Assembly: GCA_965552135.1 (NCBI GenBank)
Contig: CBEVQY010000004.1
Span: 1 to 64,000, forward strand
DNA length: 64,000 nt
Source: an uncultured bacterium
Lineage (GTDB): Bacteria; UBP14; UBA6098; B30-G16
Direction of reading: 5' to 3'
Positions 27,534-36,814 of this stretch are shown piece by piece; the stretch's first letter is position 1; the number at the start of each line of letters is the position of its first letter. A program made the translations under genes and the position numbers. The notes under the pieces are model-generated. The model was given only the letters and a program-made list of their open reading frames with translations. It had not been told where the DNA came from and searched no databases.

Positions 27534-29006
27534 ATGGCCGAAAGGACGATAACGATAGCCCCCGTAACGCGCCTTGAGGGGCATGCCAAGATAACGATCT
27601 TCCTCGACGAGAGCGGCAACGTCGAGGACGCGTACTTTCAGGTTGTGGAGCTTAGGGGGTTTGAGGAGTTCTGTAAGGGTCGTCCCGTGGAGGAGATGCC
27701 GCGCCTTGTGACGAGGCTCTGTGGCGTGTGTCCCTGGGCGCACCACATAGCCTCAAGCAAGGCGGTGGACGAGGTCTTCGGCGTCGAGCCCCCCAGAACT
27801 GGCAAGATGCTGCGCGAAATGGGCTACTGCGCACACTTCCTCGAAAGCCACCTCGAACACATCTACGCGCTCGGACCCGCACCCGACTTCATCGTCGGAC
27901 CCACAGCCGACCCCGCCAAGCGAAACCTCTTCGGCGTGATCGAAAAGGTGGGGCTTGAGGTGGGCAAAAAGGTCATCAAAAACAGAGCATACGCCGTCGA
28001 GATCGAGAACATCCTGGGTGGAAAGTCCACCCACCCCGTCTACGGCATCCCCGGCGGCGTCTCACACCCCATAACCGAGGAGCAGCGCCAAAAGATCCTC
28101 GAGATGGGACGCTCACTCGTGGACTTCTGCCTCTTCACCCTCGACATCGTGCACAAATACATACTCGAAAACAAAGAGTACCTCGAGCTCATCCTCGACA
28201 AAAACGTCTACTACCACGAGACCAACTACATAGGGCTTGTGGACGAGAACAACAGGGTGAACTTCTACGACGGGAAGTTCCGCGTGGTAAGCCCCGACGG
28301 GAAGGAGATAGCCAAGTTCGGACCCTACGAATACCTCGACTACATAGGTGAGCACGTTGAGCCCTGGAGCTACCTTAAGTTCCCGTACCTCAAGAGCTTG
28401 GGCTGGAAGGGGCTTGTCGACGGTCCGGAAAGCGGTGTTATGCGCTCGGCGCCTTTGGGCAGACTCAACGCCGCGGACGGCATGGCAACTCCGCGCGCCC
28501 AGGAGGAGTACGAGCGCTTCTTCGAAACCCTCGGCGGAAAACCCGTACACTACACCCTCACCTACCACTGGGCAAGGGCGATAGAGGCACTTTACGCCGC
28601 AGAGCGCCTCGTTGAGCTTGCCGAAGACCCCGAGATCACAAGCCCGCACGTAAGAAACATCCCCGAGGGCATAAAGGGCGAGGGGATCGCCTTCGTGGCT
28701 GCACCCCGCGGAAGCCTCATCCATCACTACGAAGCCGACGAAAACGGACTCATAACGAGGCTGAACCTCATCGTCGCCACAGCCTTCAACAACGCCGCCA
28801 TGTGCATGTCGGTCAAGAAGGCGGCGCAGGCTCTGGTGAAAGGCTTTGAGGTGGACGAGGGCAAGCTCAACATGGTCGAGATGGCGTTCAGAGCGTACGA
28901 CCCCTGCTTCTCGTGCGCAACGCACTTCGTCGGCGAAACGCCGATGGAGATAGAGATCTACACGAAGGAAGGGGAGCTCCTCAAGAGGATAACGAGGGGG
29001 ATATAA
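27534..29006 (+). CDS. mvhA: Group 3c [NiFe]-hydrogenase large subunit
   Basis: TRLEGH, RLCGVC (L1), RAYDPCFSCATH (L2) with cleavable tail. Confidence 0.93.
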   Translation: MAERTITIAPVTRLEGHAKITIFLDESGNVEDAYFQVVELRGFEEFCKGRPVEEMPRLVTRLCGVCPWAHHIASSKAVDEVFGVEPPRTGKMLREMGYCAHFLESHLEHIYALGPAPDFIVGPTADPAKRNLFGVIEKVGLEVGKKVIKNRAYAVEIENILGGKSTHPVYGIPGGVSHPITEEQRQKILEMGRSLVDFCLFTLDIVHKYILENKEYLELILDKNVYYHETNYIGLVDENNRVNFYDGKFRVVSPDGKEIAKFGPYEYLDYIGEHVEPWSYLKFPYLKSLGWKGLVDGPESGVMRSAPLGRLNAADGMATPRAQEEYERFFETLGGKPVHYTLTYHWARAIEALYAAERLVELAEDPEITSPHVRNIPEGIKGEGIAFVAAPRGSLIHHYEADENGLITRLNLIVATAFNNAAMCMSVKKAAQALVKGFEVDEGKLNMVEMAFRAYDPCFSCATHFVGETPMEIEIYTKEGELLKRITRGI

Positions 29007-29013
29007 CCCGGCG

Positions 29014-29502
29014 ATGCGGGGCGAGGTCAGAGGAAAAAGAACGCTTTTTCTGGGGCTTGGCAACCCGATCCTCTCCGACGACGCCGTCGGGATAAGGGTT
29101 GTGGAGCTTATTCGCGATACCGTGGGCAAGCCAAGCGGGGTGGACTTCGAGACCGCATCCTTCGGCGGGCTGCACATAATAGATGCGATAAGGGGGTACG
29201 ACAGGGTCGTCATAGTCGACTCCACCGTTCGCGGCGGCGAGCCGGGAACGCTCTACCGCCTGACCCTCGACGACCTCGACGGAACGACCCGCCTCGCATC
29301 ACCGCACAGGATAAACCTGAAGGCAGCCATAGAGCTTGGGCGGCGCATGGAGGGCAACTCCATCCCAGATGACATAACGATCTACGCTGTCGAGGCAAAA
29401 GAGCTTACAAGGTTTTCCGAAAAACTCTCGCCCGAGCTTGAGGAAAAGCTGTCCGAGATCGCCAAAACGATAATCGAAAACGAGCTGGGAGGTACGAGAT
29501 GA
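29014..29502 (+). CDS. Hydrogenase maturation protease
   Basis: LGLGNPILSDDAVG, IVDS, SPH motifs; follows large subunit. Confidence 0.92.
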   Translation: MRGEVRGKRTLFLGLGNPILSDDAVGIRVVELIRDTVGKPSGVDFETASFGGLHIIDAIRGYDRVVIVDSTVRGGEPGTLYRLTLDDLDGTTRLASPHRINLKAAIELGRRMEGNSIPDDITIYAVEAKELTRFSEKLSPELEEKLSEIAKTIIENELGGTR

Positions 29503-30011
29503 TAGACGTAAGCCTTGTGGACCCCAACTTCAAGCGGGAGATCATGAAAAAGCCGGGGGGCGAGCAGATAATAAACTGCTTCACCTGCGGCACCTGCACG
29601 GCATCCTGCCCGGTAAACGAGGTCGACGAGAGCTTCAACCCGCGCAAGATAATAAGGATGGCGGTTTTGGGACTTAAGGACAAGGTGCTGAAAAGCGACT
29701 TCATCTGGCTTTGCGCGGGGTGCCACTCGTGCCAGGAACGCTGCCCCCGGGGCGTCACGATAACGGAGCTTATGACCGCACTGCGAAACATAGCCGTCGA
29801 AAACGGCATAGTCCACCAGGCATTTGCGGTCCAGGCTTCGGAGATACACAAGTTCGGCAGGCTCTATGAGGTTGGCGACCTCAACGCCCGCAGGGAAAAG
29901 CTCGGTCTGCCCAAAATCAAAGAAGAACCTGAACCCATAAGGAAAATCTACAGGATAATGGGGATCGAAGATCTCGTGAAAGCTGAGGGTCAGCAAACAA
30001 GCGAGGTGTGA
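29499..30011 (+). CDS. hdrC: Heterodisulfide reductase subunit C
   Basis: CFTCGTCTASCP and WLCAGCHSCQERCPRGV. Confidence 0.92.
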   Translation: MIDVSLVDPNFKREIMKKPGGEQIINCFTCGTCTASCPVNEVDESFNPRKIIRMAVLGLKDKVLKSDFIWLCAGCHSCQERCPRGVTITELMTALRNIAVENGIVHQAFAVQASEIHKFGRLYEVGDLNARREKLGLPKIKEEPEPIRKIYRIMGIEDLVKAEGQQTSEV

Positions 30012-30013
30012 AG

Positions 30014-30892
30014 ATGAGATACGCGTTGTTTTTAGGCTGCACCGTTCCGACGCGTGGGCTCAACTACGAGCTTGCAACCCGCAACGTCTGCAAAAAGCTC
30101 GGCATAGAGCTTGTGGACGTGGAGGGGTTTTCGTGCTGCGGTTTTCCTGTGCGCTCGGTGTGCAACGCCACGGGGATGCTTATGGCGCTGCGCAACCTCG
30201 CCATCGCCGAAGCACAGGGGCTGCCCGTGATAACCCTCTGCAGCGCGTGCGCCGAAACGCTCACCGAGGCAAATCACCTCGCCAAAGAGGACCCCGATTT
30301 CCTCCACTGGGCAAACGAAAAACTCGCCGAGCTCGGACTCAGGTACAACGGCACGACTGAGGTCAAGCACTTCGCGCGCATGCTCCACGAGGACTACGGG
30401 CTCGACAAGCTCAAAAATGCCGTCCAAAAGCCGCTTGAGGGCGTTAAAGTGGCAACCCACTACGGCTGCCACTACCTCAAGCCATCCAAGATTTACGGCA
30501 AATACGACGACCCCGAAGCTCCCCACAGCCTCGACGAGCTTGTTGAGGTCACTGGCGCGCAGACGGTGCAGTATCCGGCGTGGCAGATGTGCTGCGGCGG
30601 GTCGATACTGGGCGTGAAGGAGGAGACCTCCCTTCGCATGGCAAAAAGCAAGCTCGATAGCGCCTCACAAAAAGGGGTCGATACGCTTGTGCTCATATGC
30701 CCCTTCTGCTCCGTTATGTACGAGGGCAACCAGAAGCGCATCGAGAAGGAGTTCGGCACCGAGTACAAGCTTCCTGTGCTCTACTACCCGCAGCTTTTGG
30801 GACTTGCGCTTGGGCTTGACCCCAAGCAGGAGCTGGGCTTCAACCTCAACCGCGTCAAGGCGAGGGCTCTTCTGGAGCGCTTTGGGAGCTGA
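30014..30892 (+). CDS. hdrB: Heterodisulfide reductase subunit B
   Basis: FLGC, SCCG, CSAC, HYGCH, CCGG, CPFC (two CCG domains). Confidence 0.93.
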   Translation: MRYALFLGCTVPTRGLNYELATRNVCKKLGIELVDVEGFSCCGFPVRSVCNATGMLMALRNLAIAEAQGLPVITLCSACAETLTEANHLAKEDPDFLHWANEKLAELGLRYNGTTEVKHFARMLHEDYGLDKLKNAVQKPLEGVKVATHYGCHYLKPSKIYGKYDDPEAPHSLDELVEVTGAQTVQYPAWQMCCGGSILGVKEETSLRMAKSKLDSASQKGVDTLVLICPFCSVMYEGNQKRIEKEFGTEYKLPVLYYPQLLGLALGLDPKQELGFNLNRVKARALLERFGS

Positions 30893-31042
30893 GCTCTGCG
30901 GCGGGCGGAGGGCATCCCCTGCGCGGGGAGGCGCCCACGCGGCGGCCGGATGCAGCTTCGCCGAAGCGCGCTTCCGAAACGCCTGCGGCGCCCAAGAACC
31001 GAAAGGGCTGTCTGCCCGACCCGCCCGGTCCTGACGGGGAGC

Positions 31043-32059
31043 TTATCCAAAGCGCTTTGCCACAAGCTCGGCTATTTGGACGGCGTTTGTCGCCGCGCCT
31101 TTGCGCAGGTTGTCGGCGACGATCCAAAGGTGGACCACCGCCCCGTTCTGCGGGTCGCGGCGGACGCGACCGACGTAAACCTCGCGCCTGCCGCTTACCT
31201 GCACAGGCGTTGGAAAGCCGTCGACGACGACCACACCGGGCGCCTCGCCCAGCGCAGAGATAAGCTCGCCGAGGTCGACCTCCGAGGAGAAACGTATGCT
31301 CACAGCCTCGCTGTGCCCGTTTACGACGGGAACCCTCACCGCGGTGGCGTAGACCGCAAGATGGGGCGCGCCAAGGATCTTTTTGGTCTCGTTGCGGAGC
31401 TTGAGCTCCTCGGTGAAGAAGCCGTCTTCGTCTGCGCGCCCAATAGCCGGGACGACGTTGGAGAAAAGGGGCGCCGGCACATCGGCGTAAGGGTGCCGAC
31501 CAACAAGTCCGGAAAGCTCCCTGCCCTCAAGCCAGTCCCAAAGATCCTCCCACTCCTCCAGGAACTGCACCAGGGCATCCCTCCCCGCGCCGGAGATAGC
31601 CTGATACGACGCAACCCAAACCTCCTCAACGCCGAACCTCATAAGAGGAGCAAGAACCACGACGAGCTGTATGGTGGAGCAGTTCGGGTTTGCAACAAGT
31701 TTCGCCTCGCCCACCGCATCGGCGTTTACCTCGGGAACGACGAGCGGAACACAGGGATCCATCCTGAAGGCGGAGGAGTTATCGATCACGACCGCGCCCT
31801 TTTCGACAAAAAGGGGCGCAAGCTCTTTTGCCGCAAAGCTCCCCGCGGAAAAGAGCGCTATGTCGACCTCGGGGATATCGCCCACATCCACGGGGACAGC
31901 CGAGAGCCTTCGGCCGCAGACCTCGAGCACCCCGGGCTCCGACCTGGGCGAGCAGAGGGCGACGACATCGTCCACCTCAAGCTCGAAGTCGCCCGAGAAG
32001 AGCTCCTCGAGCATCACCCTGCCCACAAGCCCCGTTGCGCCAACAACCGCAATGCGCAT
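31043..32059 (-). CDS. asd: Aspartate-semialdehyde dehydrogenase
   Basis: VVGATGLVG, DNSSAFRM, ANPNCST, DNLRKGAATNAVQI. Confidence 0.96.
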   Translation of the reverse strand: MRIAVVGATGLVGRVMLEELFSGDFELEVDDVVALCSPRSEPGVLEVCGRRLSAVPVDVGDIPEVDIALFSAGSFAAKELAPLFVEKGAVVIDNSSAFRMDPCVPLVVPEVNADAVGEAKLVANPNCSTIQLVVVLAPLMRFGVEEVWVASYQAISGAGRDALVQFLEEWEDLWDWLEGRELSGLVGRHPYADVPAPLFSNVVPAIGRADEDGFFTEELKLRNETKKILGAPHLAVYATAVRVPVVNGHSEAVSIRFSSEVDLGELISALGEAPGVVVVDGFPTPVQVSGRREVYVGRVRRDPQNGAVVHLWIVADNLRKGAATNAVQIAELVAKRFG

Positions 32060-32068
32060 AGCAACACC

Positions 32069-34309
32069 TCACTTAAGACGCAGGTAATACGGCGCAATAA
32101 AAAGGAACTCCTCCGAGGCGTGCGGAAGGAGCGGTTCATCCATCGCAAGCCCGAACCTCCGCAAGACGGACAAAAGCTCCGACGCGCTGTACGGCGAGAA
32201 CCTCCTGACCGCGTAGTTGTTTTCGATCCCCAGACTTTTCGCCATGCGTCTTTCGACGTAAGCGATGCCTGCGATACCATCGACAAGCCCGTTTTCCGCG
32301 GCGGCAGCACCCACATGGATCTTTCCCTGAGCCAGCGACTCGAGGGAGTCGGGCGTAAGCCCCGCCCTCCCCGCCAGAACGCGCTCCTTGAAGAGCGAAT
32401 ACATATCCTCGAGGTTTTGCCTAAAGCGGCGCCGCTGCTCAACGGAGAAGGTGTCGGAATGGGAGAAGAAGTTTGCGTTGGGCGAGAAGTAGATCTTTTC
32501 GGTGCGCAGTCCGAGCTTTTCGAAGAGCCCGCCCCAGCTGAGCTTGCCGCCCAAAACGCCTATGGAACCCGTCAGGGTGAAGGCATCGGCGAAGATGCTT
32601 TCGGCGGCGCTCGCAACGTAATACCCACCGCTTGCAGCGTCCGACCCCATCGAAACCCAAACGGGCTTATCCTTGGCAACCCTGCGAACGCAGTTCCATA
32701 TCACATCGGATGCGAACGCAGAACCCCCCGGCGAGTCGATGCGAAGGATGATCCCCTTAACGCTTTTGTCCTTTCGAGCCCTCTCGAGCAGCCTGCACAC
32801 CGTCTCGTCGCCCGCAAGGCGCCCCATAAAGAGGCTGGGAGCCGAAGAACTCCCGTGCACGATCCCCCCCTCGATGGGGATGACGGCTATAGTCGGCGGT
32901 TCAGCCCAGCTTTCGTCGACCTCGCGTCGAACGTCCAGATACTCGCTCAAACCCACGGCGTCGTCCCAGCCCGAAAGCTTTTTGAACTCTTCCCACGTCA
33001 CAACCGTGTCTATCATGCCCGCGCTTTTTGCCATCCGAGCCGTGTGAGGCGCATCGGCGAGCCAACGCCTCACCCTGTCGACCGAAACGCCCCTGCCCTC
33101 CGCAACCGCATCGACAACCATCGTGTCGACATACGAGAGGATCCGCGTGATCTCATCGCGCATCTGGGGGCTCATGGAGTCCGCCGTAAACGGCTCGTAG
33201 GCGAGCTTATACTTCCCAACGTGAACCCAATCGAACCTCACGCCGAGCCTGTCCGCAAGCCCTTTGTAGTAAGTCAGCTCAGCCCCAATGCCCGTAAAGA
33301 GCACGTCGCCTGCGGGGGGCATGCAAATCGTGTCGGCGACGGAGTTCATGTAAAGCCCGCCGTTGCCAAGCTCGTTGGCGAAGGTGATCACCCTCCCCCC
33401 GCGGCGGCGAAAGTCCGCAAGAATGGACCTTATCTCCTCCCGCTGCGCAAAGCTTAGGCGACAGCCATCCTGCTTTACTATGATTCGCTTCACCGACGGG
33501 TCTTCGGCGGCTTTTGCGAGCGCATCGGCAAACTCCGAAAAGCTTTTTCCGCCCCAAAACGGCGGTGACTCCGCAAGGCTGCCCTCCAAAACGACCTTAA
33601 CGCTTTTCACCCTCGCCGGCAGAAGCGACGCAAACCTCCTCGACGAGACGACGGCTGTGGCGAAGGGTTCCTCGAGGTCGTCGTCTGCGCCGCAGATGAG
33701 GGCAATGCGCCCGAAGTTAAGTCTTGCGCCAAACCAGACGGTGCGGCTCCCATCGTCGTAGCCCCCAAAGAGCCTGAGCCCCCTGACCGGCTTGACCTCG
33801 CCGCCAAAGCAGCCGCCGATATAGTCGAGGTCCTTTTGGAACCTGAAGTCAGACCAAAGCGTTATCGCCTCGGTTGCGGGTCTTAGCGCAAAGCCAACCC
33901 TTATGGGGTCTCCAAACCGCTCGGAGTACGTTGCACCCCAAGCTATCCACCGCGCCGGTCTCGAAAGGAACCCCAAACGCCAGCCGCTCGACTTATCGCC
34001 GTCGGTCCAGACCGTCCTGGCGATGTAGCCAACGCCAATCTCCCTGCTGCCCAAACCGATCCCGCGGAGGAGGGAGTACCAGCCATCTCCCGCCTGCGCC
34101 CCTGCCATTGCAAAGGGCGCGGAAAGGACGCACACACCTTCCGCGCTCTGGCGCCCCTGGGCGCTTGCGGCGAAGAAAAGATCACGTATCACCCCCAAAT
34201 ACGCAGGGTTGGCGATGCCGGAGATGGGATCGTCGGGGTAAGCCACGGAGTAAAACCCCTGCGCGAGCACAAGCGCCGAAAGCAAAGCCACAAAGAAAGC
34301 TGCCCTCAT
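32069..34309 (-). CDS. sppA: Signal peptide peptidase SppA (long form) with extra N-terminal beta-rich domain
   Basis: GKYK..EP, LRIDSPGGS, AASGGYY, TGSIGV; start MRAAFF. Confidence 0.9.
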   Translation of the reverse strand: MRAAFFVALLSALVLAQGFYSVAYPDDPISGIANPAYLGVIRDLFFAASAQGRQSAEGVCVLSAPFAMAGAQAGDGWYSLLRGIGLGSREIGVGYIARTVWTDGDKSSGWRLGFLSRPARWIAWGATYSERFGDPIRVGFALRPATEAITLWSDFRFQKDLDYIGGCFGGEVKPVRGLRLFGGYDDGSRTVWFGARLNFGRIALICGADDDLEEPFATAVVSSRRFASLLPARVKSVKVVLEGSLAESPPFWGGKSFSEFADALAKAAEDPSVKRIIVKQDGCRLSFAQREEIRSILADFRRRGGRVITFANELGNGGLYMNSVADTICMPPAGDVLFTGIGAELTYYKGLADRLGVRFDWVHVGKYKLAYEPFTADSMSPQMRDEITRILSYVDTMVVDAVAEGRGVSVDRVRRWLADAPHTARMAKSAGMIDTVVTWEEFKKLSGWDDAVGLSEYLDVRREVDESWAEPPTIAVIPIEGGIVHGSSSAPSLFMGRLAGDETVCRLLERARKDKSVKGIILRIDSPGGSAFASDVIWNCVRRVAKDKPVWVSMGSDAASGGYYVASAAESIFADAFTLTGSIGVLGGKLSWGGLFEKLGLRTEKIYFSPNANFFSHSDTFSVEQRRRFRQNLEDMYSLFKERVLAGRAGLTPDSLESLAQGKIHVGAAAAENGLVDGIAGIAYVERRMAKSLGIENNYAVRRFSPYSASELLSVLRRFGLAMDEPLLPHASEEFLFIAPYYLRLK

Positions 34310-34416
34310 AGCTCCCTCCCGATGGCTGCAACGATAAAAGTTAAGTCGTCGCCATCGATGCGCAAGCTCGGTTCGAACCGCTTGCAAAAGCCAAAACACA
34401 GCCTAAAGTAGAGACG

Positions 34417-35400
34417 ATGACACACCCTTTCCTAAAAGGTCTTTCGCGCCCTGCGGTAATCTCGGCGCCGATGGCGGGGTACACAAACAGCACGTATCGA
34501 CTTTTCGCCCTCAGGCTCGGCGCCGACTTCGCGTACACCGAGATGGTTTCGGCAGAGGGACTTCTGGCTTCGACGAAGCTTACCGTAAAAAAGCTTTTGG
34601 ACGACGAGGACTGGGGGCACGTCGTCCTTCAGCTGTTCAGCGGCAACGCGACGGCTGTGGAGAAAGCCGCCCATCTTGCCGCAGAGCTTGGCTTTAGGGC
34701 ACTCGACGTAAACATGGGCTGTCCTGTGCGCAAAGTCGTCCGTCGCGGCGCAGGAGCCGCCCTCCTGAGGGACAGACAAAAGGCAAAAGACGTGGTCAAA
34801 GCGGCGCTGCAGGCGGGACTGCCCGTATCCGTCAAGGTGAGGTCCGGGTTCGAGTCGAACGACGAGTGGCCGCAGGTCCTCGAGCTTTTGCTCGCGCTCG
34901 AGGAGCTTGGCGTCTGCGCTGTTGCGATACATCCCCGCTGCGCGAAGCAGATGTACTCGGGCAGCGCAAGCTGGGAGCTTGTGGCGGAGGCTGTGAGAGC
35001 GCTTAGGGTCCCCGTCTTCGGCTCCGGCGACGTCCTCAGCGCCGCCTGCGCAAAAAAGCTTTTGGACGAAACCGGCGCCGCAGGGGTTATGCTGGCGCGG
35101 GGCGCGATCGGCAACTTCCCGATATTCGAGCAAACCAGGGCGATCCTTGTGGGGGAGGAACCCAAAGCCGCAAGCTTCGGCAAAAGGGCGCGGATCATGC
35201 TCGAGTTTATCGCCGCCGAGGCAAGGAGGGTGGGCGAGCGCGTTGCGGTCGAGTGGAGCAAGAAGTTTCTCGTAAAGCTCATAAAGGGCATGCCCGGCGC
35301 GAGGGCGCTGCGCGGCGCGCTCGCATACGTCCACTCCATTAAAGACGTAAAAGAGCTTCTCGACCAAGTCGCCTCGGGCAAAACAATCGAGGAGGGATAA
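34417..35400 (+). CDS. dus: tRNA-dihydrouridine synthase
   Basis: APMAG, TEMVS, DVNMGCP, VKVRSG, GVMLARG. Confidence 0.92.
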   Translation: MTHPFLKGLSRPAVISAPMAGYTNSTYRLFALRLGADFAYTEMVSAEGLLASTKLTVKKLLDDEDWGHVVLQLFSGNATAVEKAAHLAAELGFRALDVNMGCPVRKVVRRGAGAALLRDRQKAKDVVKAALQAGLPVSVKVRSGFESNDEWPQVLELLLALEELGVCAVAIHPRCAKQMYSGSASWELVAEAVRALRVPVFGSGDVLSAACAKKLLDETGAAGVMLARGAIGNFPIFEQTRAILVGEEPKAASFGKRARIMLEFIAAEARRVGERVAVEWSKKFLVKLIKGMPGARALRGALAYVHSIKDVKELLDQVASGKTIEEG

Positions 35401-35402
35401 AG

Positions 35403-35816
35403 GTGCCTTTGGGCTTTTCGGAGATCTTCTGTCACATCGTTTGGCGCACAGAGCCTCTTTCGCCGCGCCTGTCAGTCCCCGTGCGTCGTCTGGTCAAGCA
35501 GTTTCTGCTGGGCGCAGGCGAGAAGCTGGGATATGAGCCCATCGCCGTCGCAGCGCTCGAGGATCACGTACACCTCCTGGCGAAGATCCTCCCCGGCGTT
35601 GCCCCCGGGCTTTTGGCGGAGACGCTTAAGAAGGAGCTTTCCGACTATCTCGTGGAAAAGCTTGCGCTCACACCTGCGCCGCAGTGGGACGAGGGATATG
35701 GGATAGTTTCGGTAAGCCCCGCCCACACGGAGATAGTTGCCCGCTACGTCCGCGGGCAGGAGGCTTTTCACAAAACCGGCCACACAAACAAAACCCTCGA
35801 GCGGACGAGGGAGTGA
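35403..35816 (+). CDS. IS200/IS605-family Y1 HUH transposase-like protein (stand-alone)
   Basis: HIVWRT, DHVHLL (HUH), W..GY..VSVS, RYVRGQ (YxxxQ). Confidence 0.85.
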   Translation: MPLGFSEIFCHIVWRTEPLSPRLSVPVRRLVKQFLLGAGEKLGYEPIAVAALEDHVHLLAKILPGVAPGLLAETLKKELSDYLVEKLALTPAPQWDEGYGIVSVSPAHTEIVARYVRGQEAFHKTGHTNKTLERTRE

Positions 35817-35818
35817 GG

Positions 35819-36814
35819 TCAGCATATCCGCGGGAGCTGCTCTCCCTCAAGCATAATAAGCTTTCGCCTTCCGCCCGTTCTCGTCACGAGCACGACTCCC
35901 TCGCCATCGCTCACCCTGCCCACCACCGCGGCAAGCTTCCCGAGCGTGGTTTTCGAAAGCGCTTCAACGAGCCTTTCGCCGTCGCCGCCGCGCACAAAGA
36001 AAAGCATCTTACCCTCGTTGGCAAGATACAGCGGATCGAACCCGTATATGTCGCAAAGCGCGGCAACCTGCGGATCCACAGGGATCCTCTCCTCCCAAAG
36101 CTCTATCATCACGCCGCGCTTTTGGGCGATCTCGACGGCGATCGTCGCCAATCCGCCCCGCGTGGGGTCGCGCATGGCGTGAAGGTCCACCCCGGCATCC
36201 AAAGCCGCCTCCACAAGCTCCCAAAGCGGGGCGCAGTCCGAAAGAAGCGGGGGTGAGGTTTCGATGCCCTCCCGCGCGGCAAGTATTGCGGCAGCGTGTC
36301 GTGCGATGTCGCCCGAGAGAACGACTTCGTCTCCGGGCTCGATGCGCGAGACGGAAACGTCCGCCACAACCTCGCCGACCCCGGCGACGGAGATGTAGAC
36401 TCCGCCGCCTTGCCCCTTGGGCACGACCTTTGTGTCGGCGGCGACGAGCTCGGCGCCAACGCCGCGCAAAACGCCGCTAAAGCTCTCCACTATCCCCTCA
36501 AGGCGCTCCGTGGGGAAGCCCTCCTCCAGCACGAACGCCGCGGCAATCCACCTGGGCTTTGCAGCCATCGCCGCAAGGTCGTTTACGGTGCCGCAGGCGG
36601 CAAGCTTGCCTATGTCGCCACCCGGGAAGAAGACGGGATCGACCACAAAAGCATCGGTCGTAAGCGCAAGCTTTTTGCCCAAAAGCTCAAGCACCGCGGC
36701 GTCCTCCTGGCGCCTTATGCGCTCGCCGTCGATGCGGGGCAGAAAGACACCCTCGATCAGCCGACGCGTAGCAAGCCCACCCTCGCCGTGCACCAAAATC
36801 ACCTTCTCATCCAT
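35819..36814 (-). CDS. hypE: Hydrogenase maturation protein HypE
   Basis: HGEGG, FFPGGDIGKLA..GTVND, MRDPTRGG, ANEG, C-terminal LPRIC. Confidence 0.96.
   Translation of the reverse strand: MDEKVILVHGEGGLATRRLIEGVFLPRIDGERIRRQEDAAVLELLGKKLALTTDAFVVDPVFFPGGDIGKLAACGTVNDLAAMAAKPRWIAAAFVLEEGFPTERLEGIVESFSGVLRGVGAELVAADTKVVPKGQGGGVYISVAGVGEVVADVSVSRIEPGDEVVLSGDIARHAAAILAAREGIETSPPLLSDCAPLWELVEAALDAGVDLHAMRDPTRGGLATIAVEIAQKRGVMIELWEERIPVDPQVAALCDIYGFDPLYLANEGKMLFFVRGGDGERLVEALSKTTLGKLAAVVGRVSDGEGVVLVTRTGGRRKLIMLEGEQLPRIC

Noticed and set aside
24906..30892. Selenocysteine recoding in Hdr/Mvh subunits
   Set aside because: All ORFs are uninterrupted and ligand positions are ordinary Cys (DPCFSC, FLCKW)
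30893..31042. SRP RNA-like string CCCCGTCAGGACCGG on the minus strand
   Set aside because: The GGAA loop and AGCAG that should follow are missing and it abuts the asd stop; left as unexplained GC-rich intergenic DNA
30950..33457. 835-aa plus-strand ORF and similar long ORFs (6582-8135, 13173-14627, 40171-41907, 40944-42623, 53151-54374)
   Set aside because: Antisense shadows of clear genes in GC-rich DNA with no recognisable motifs
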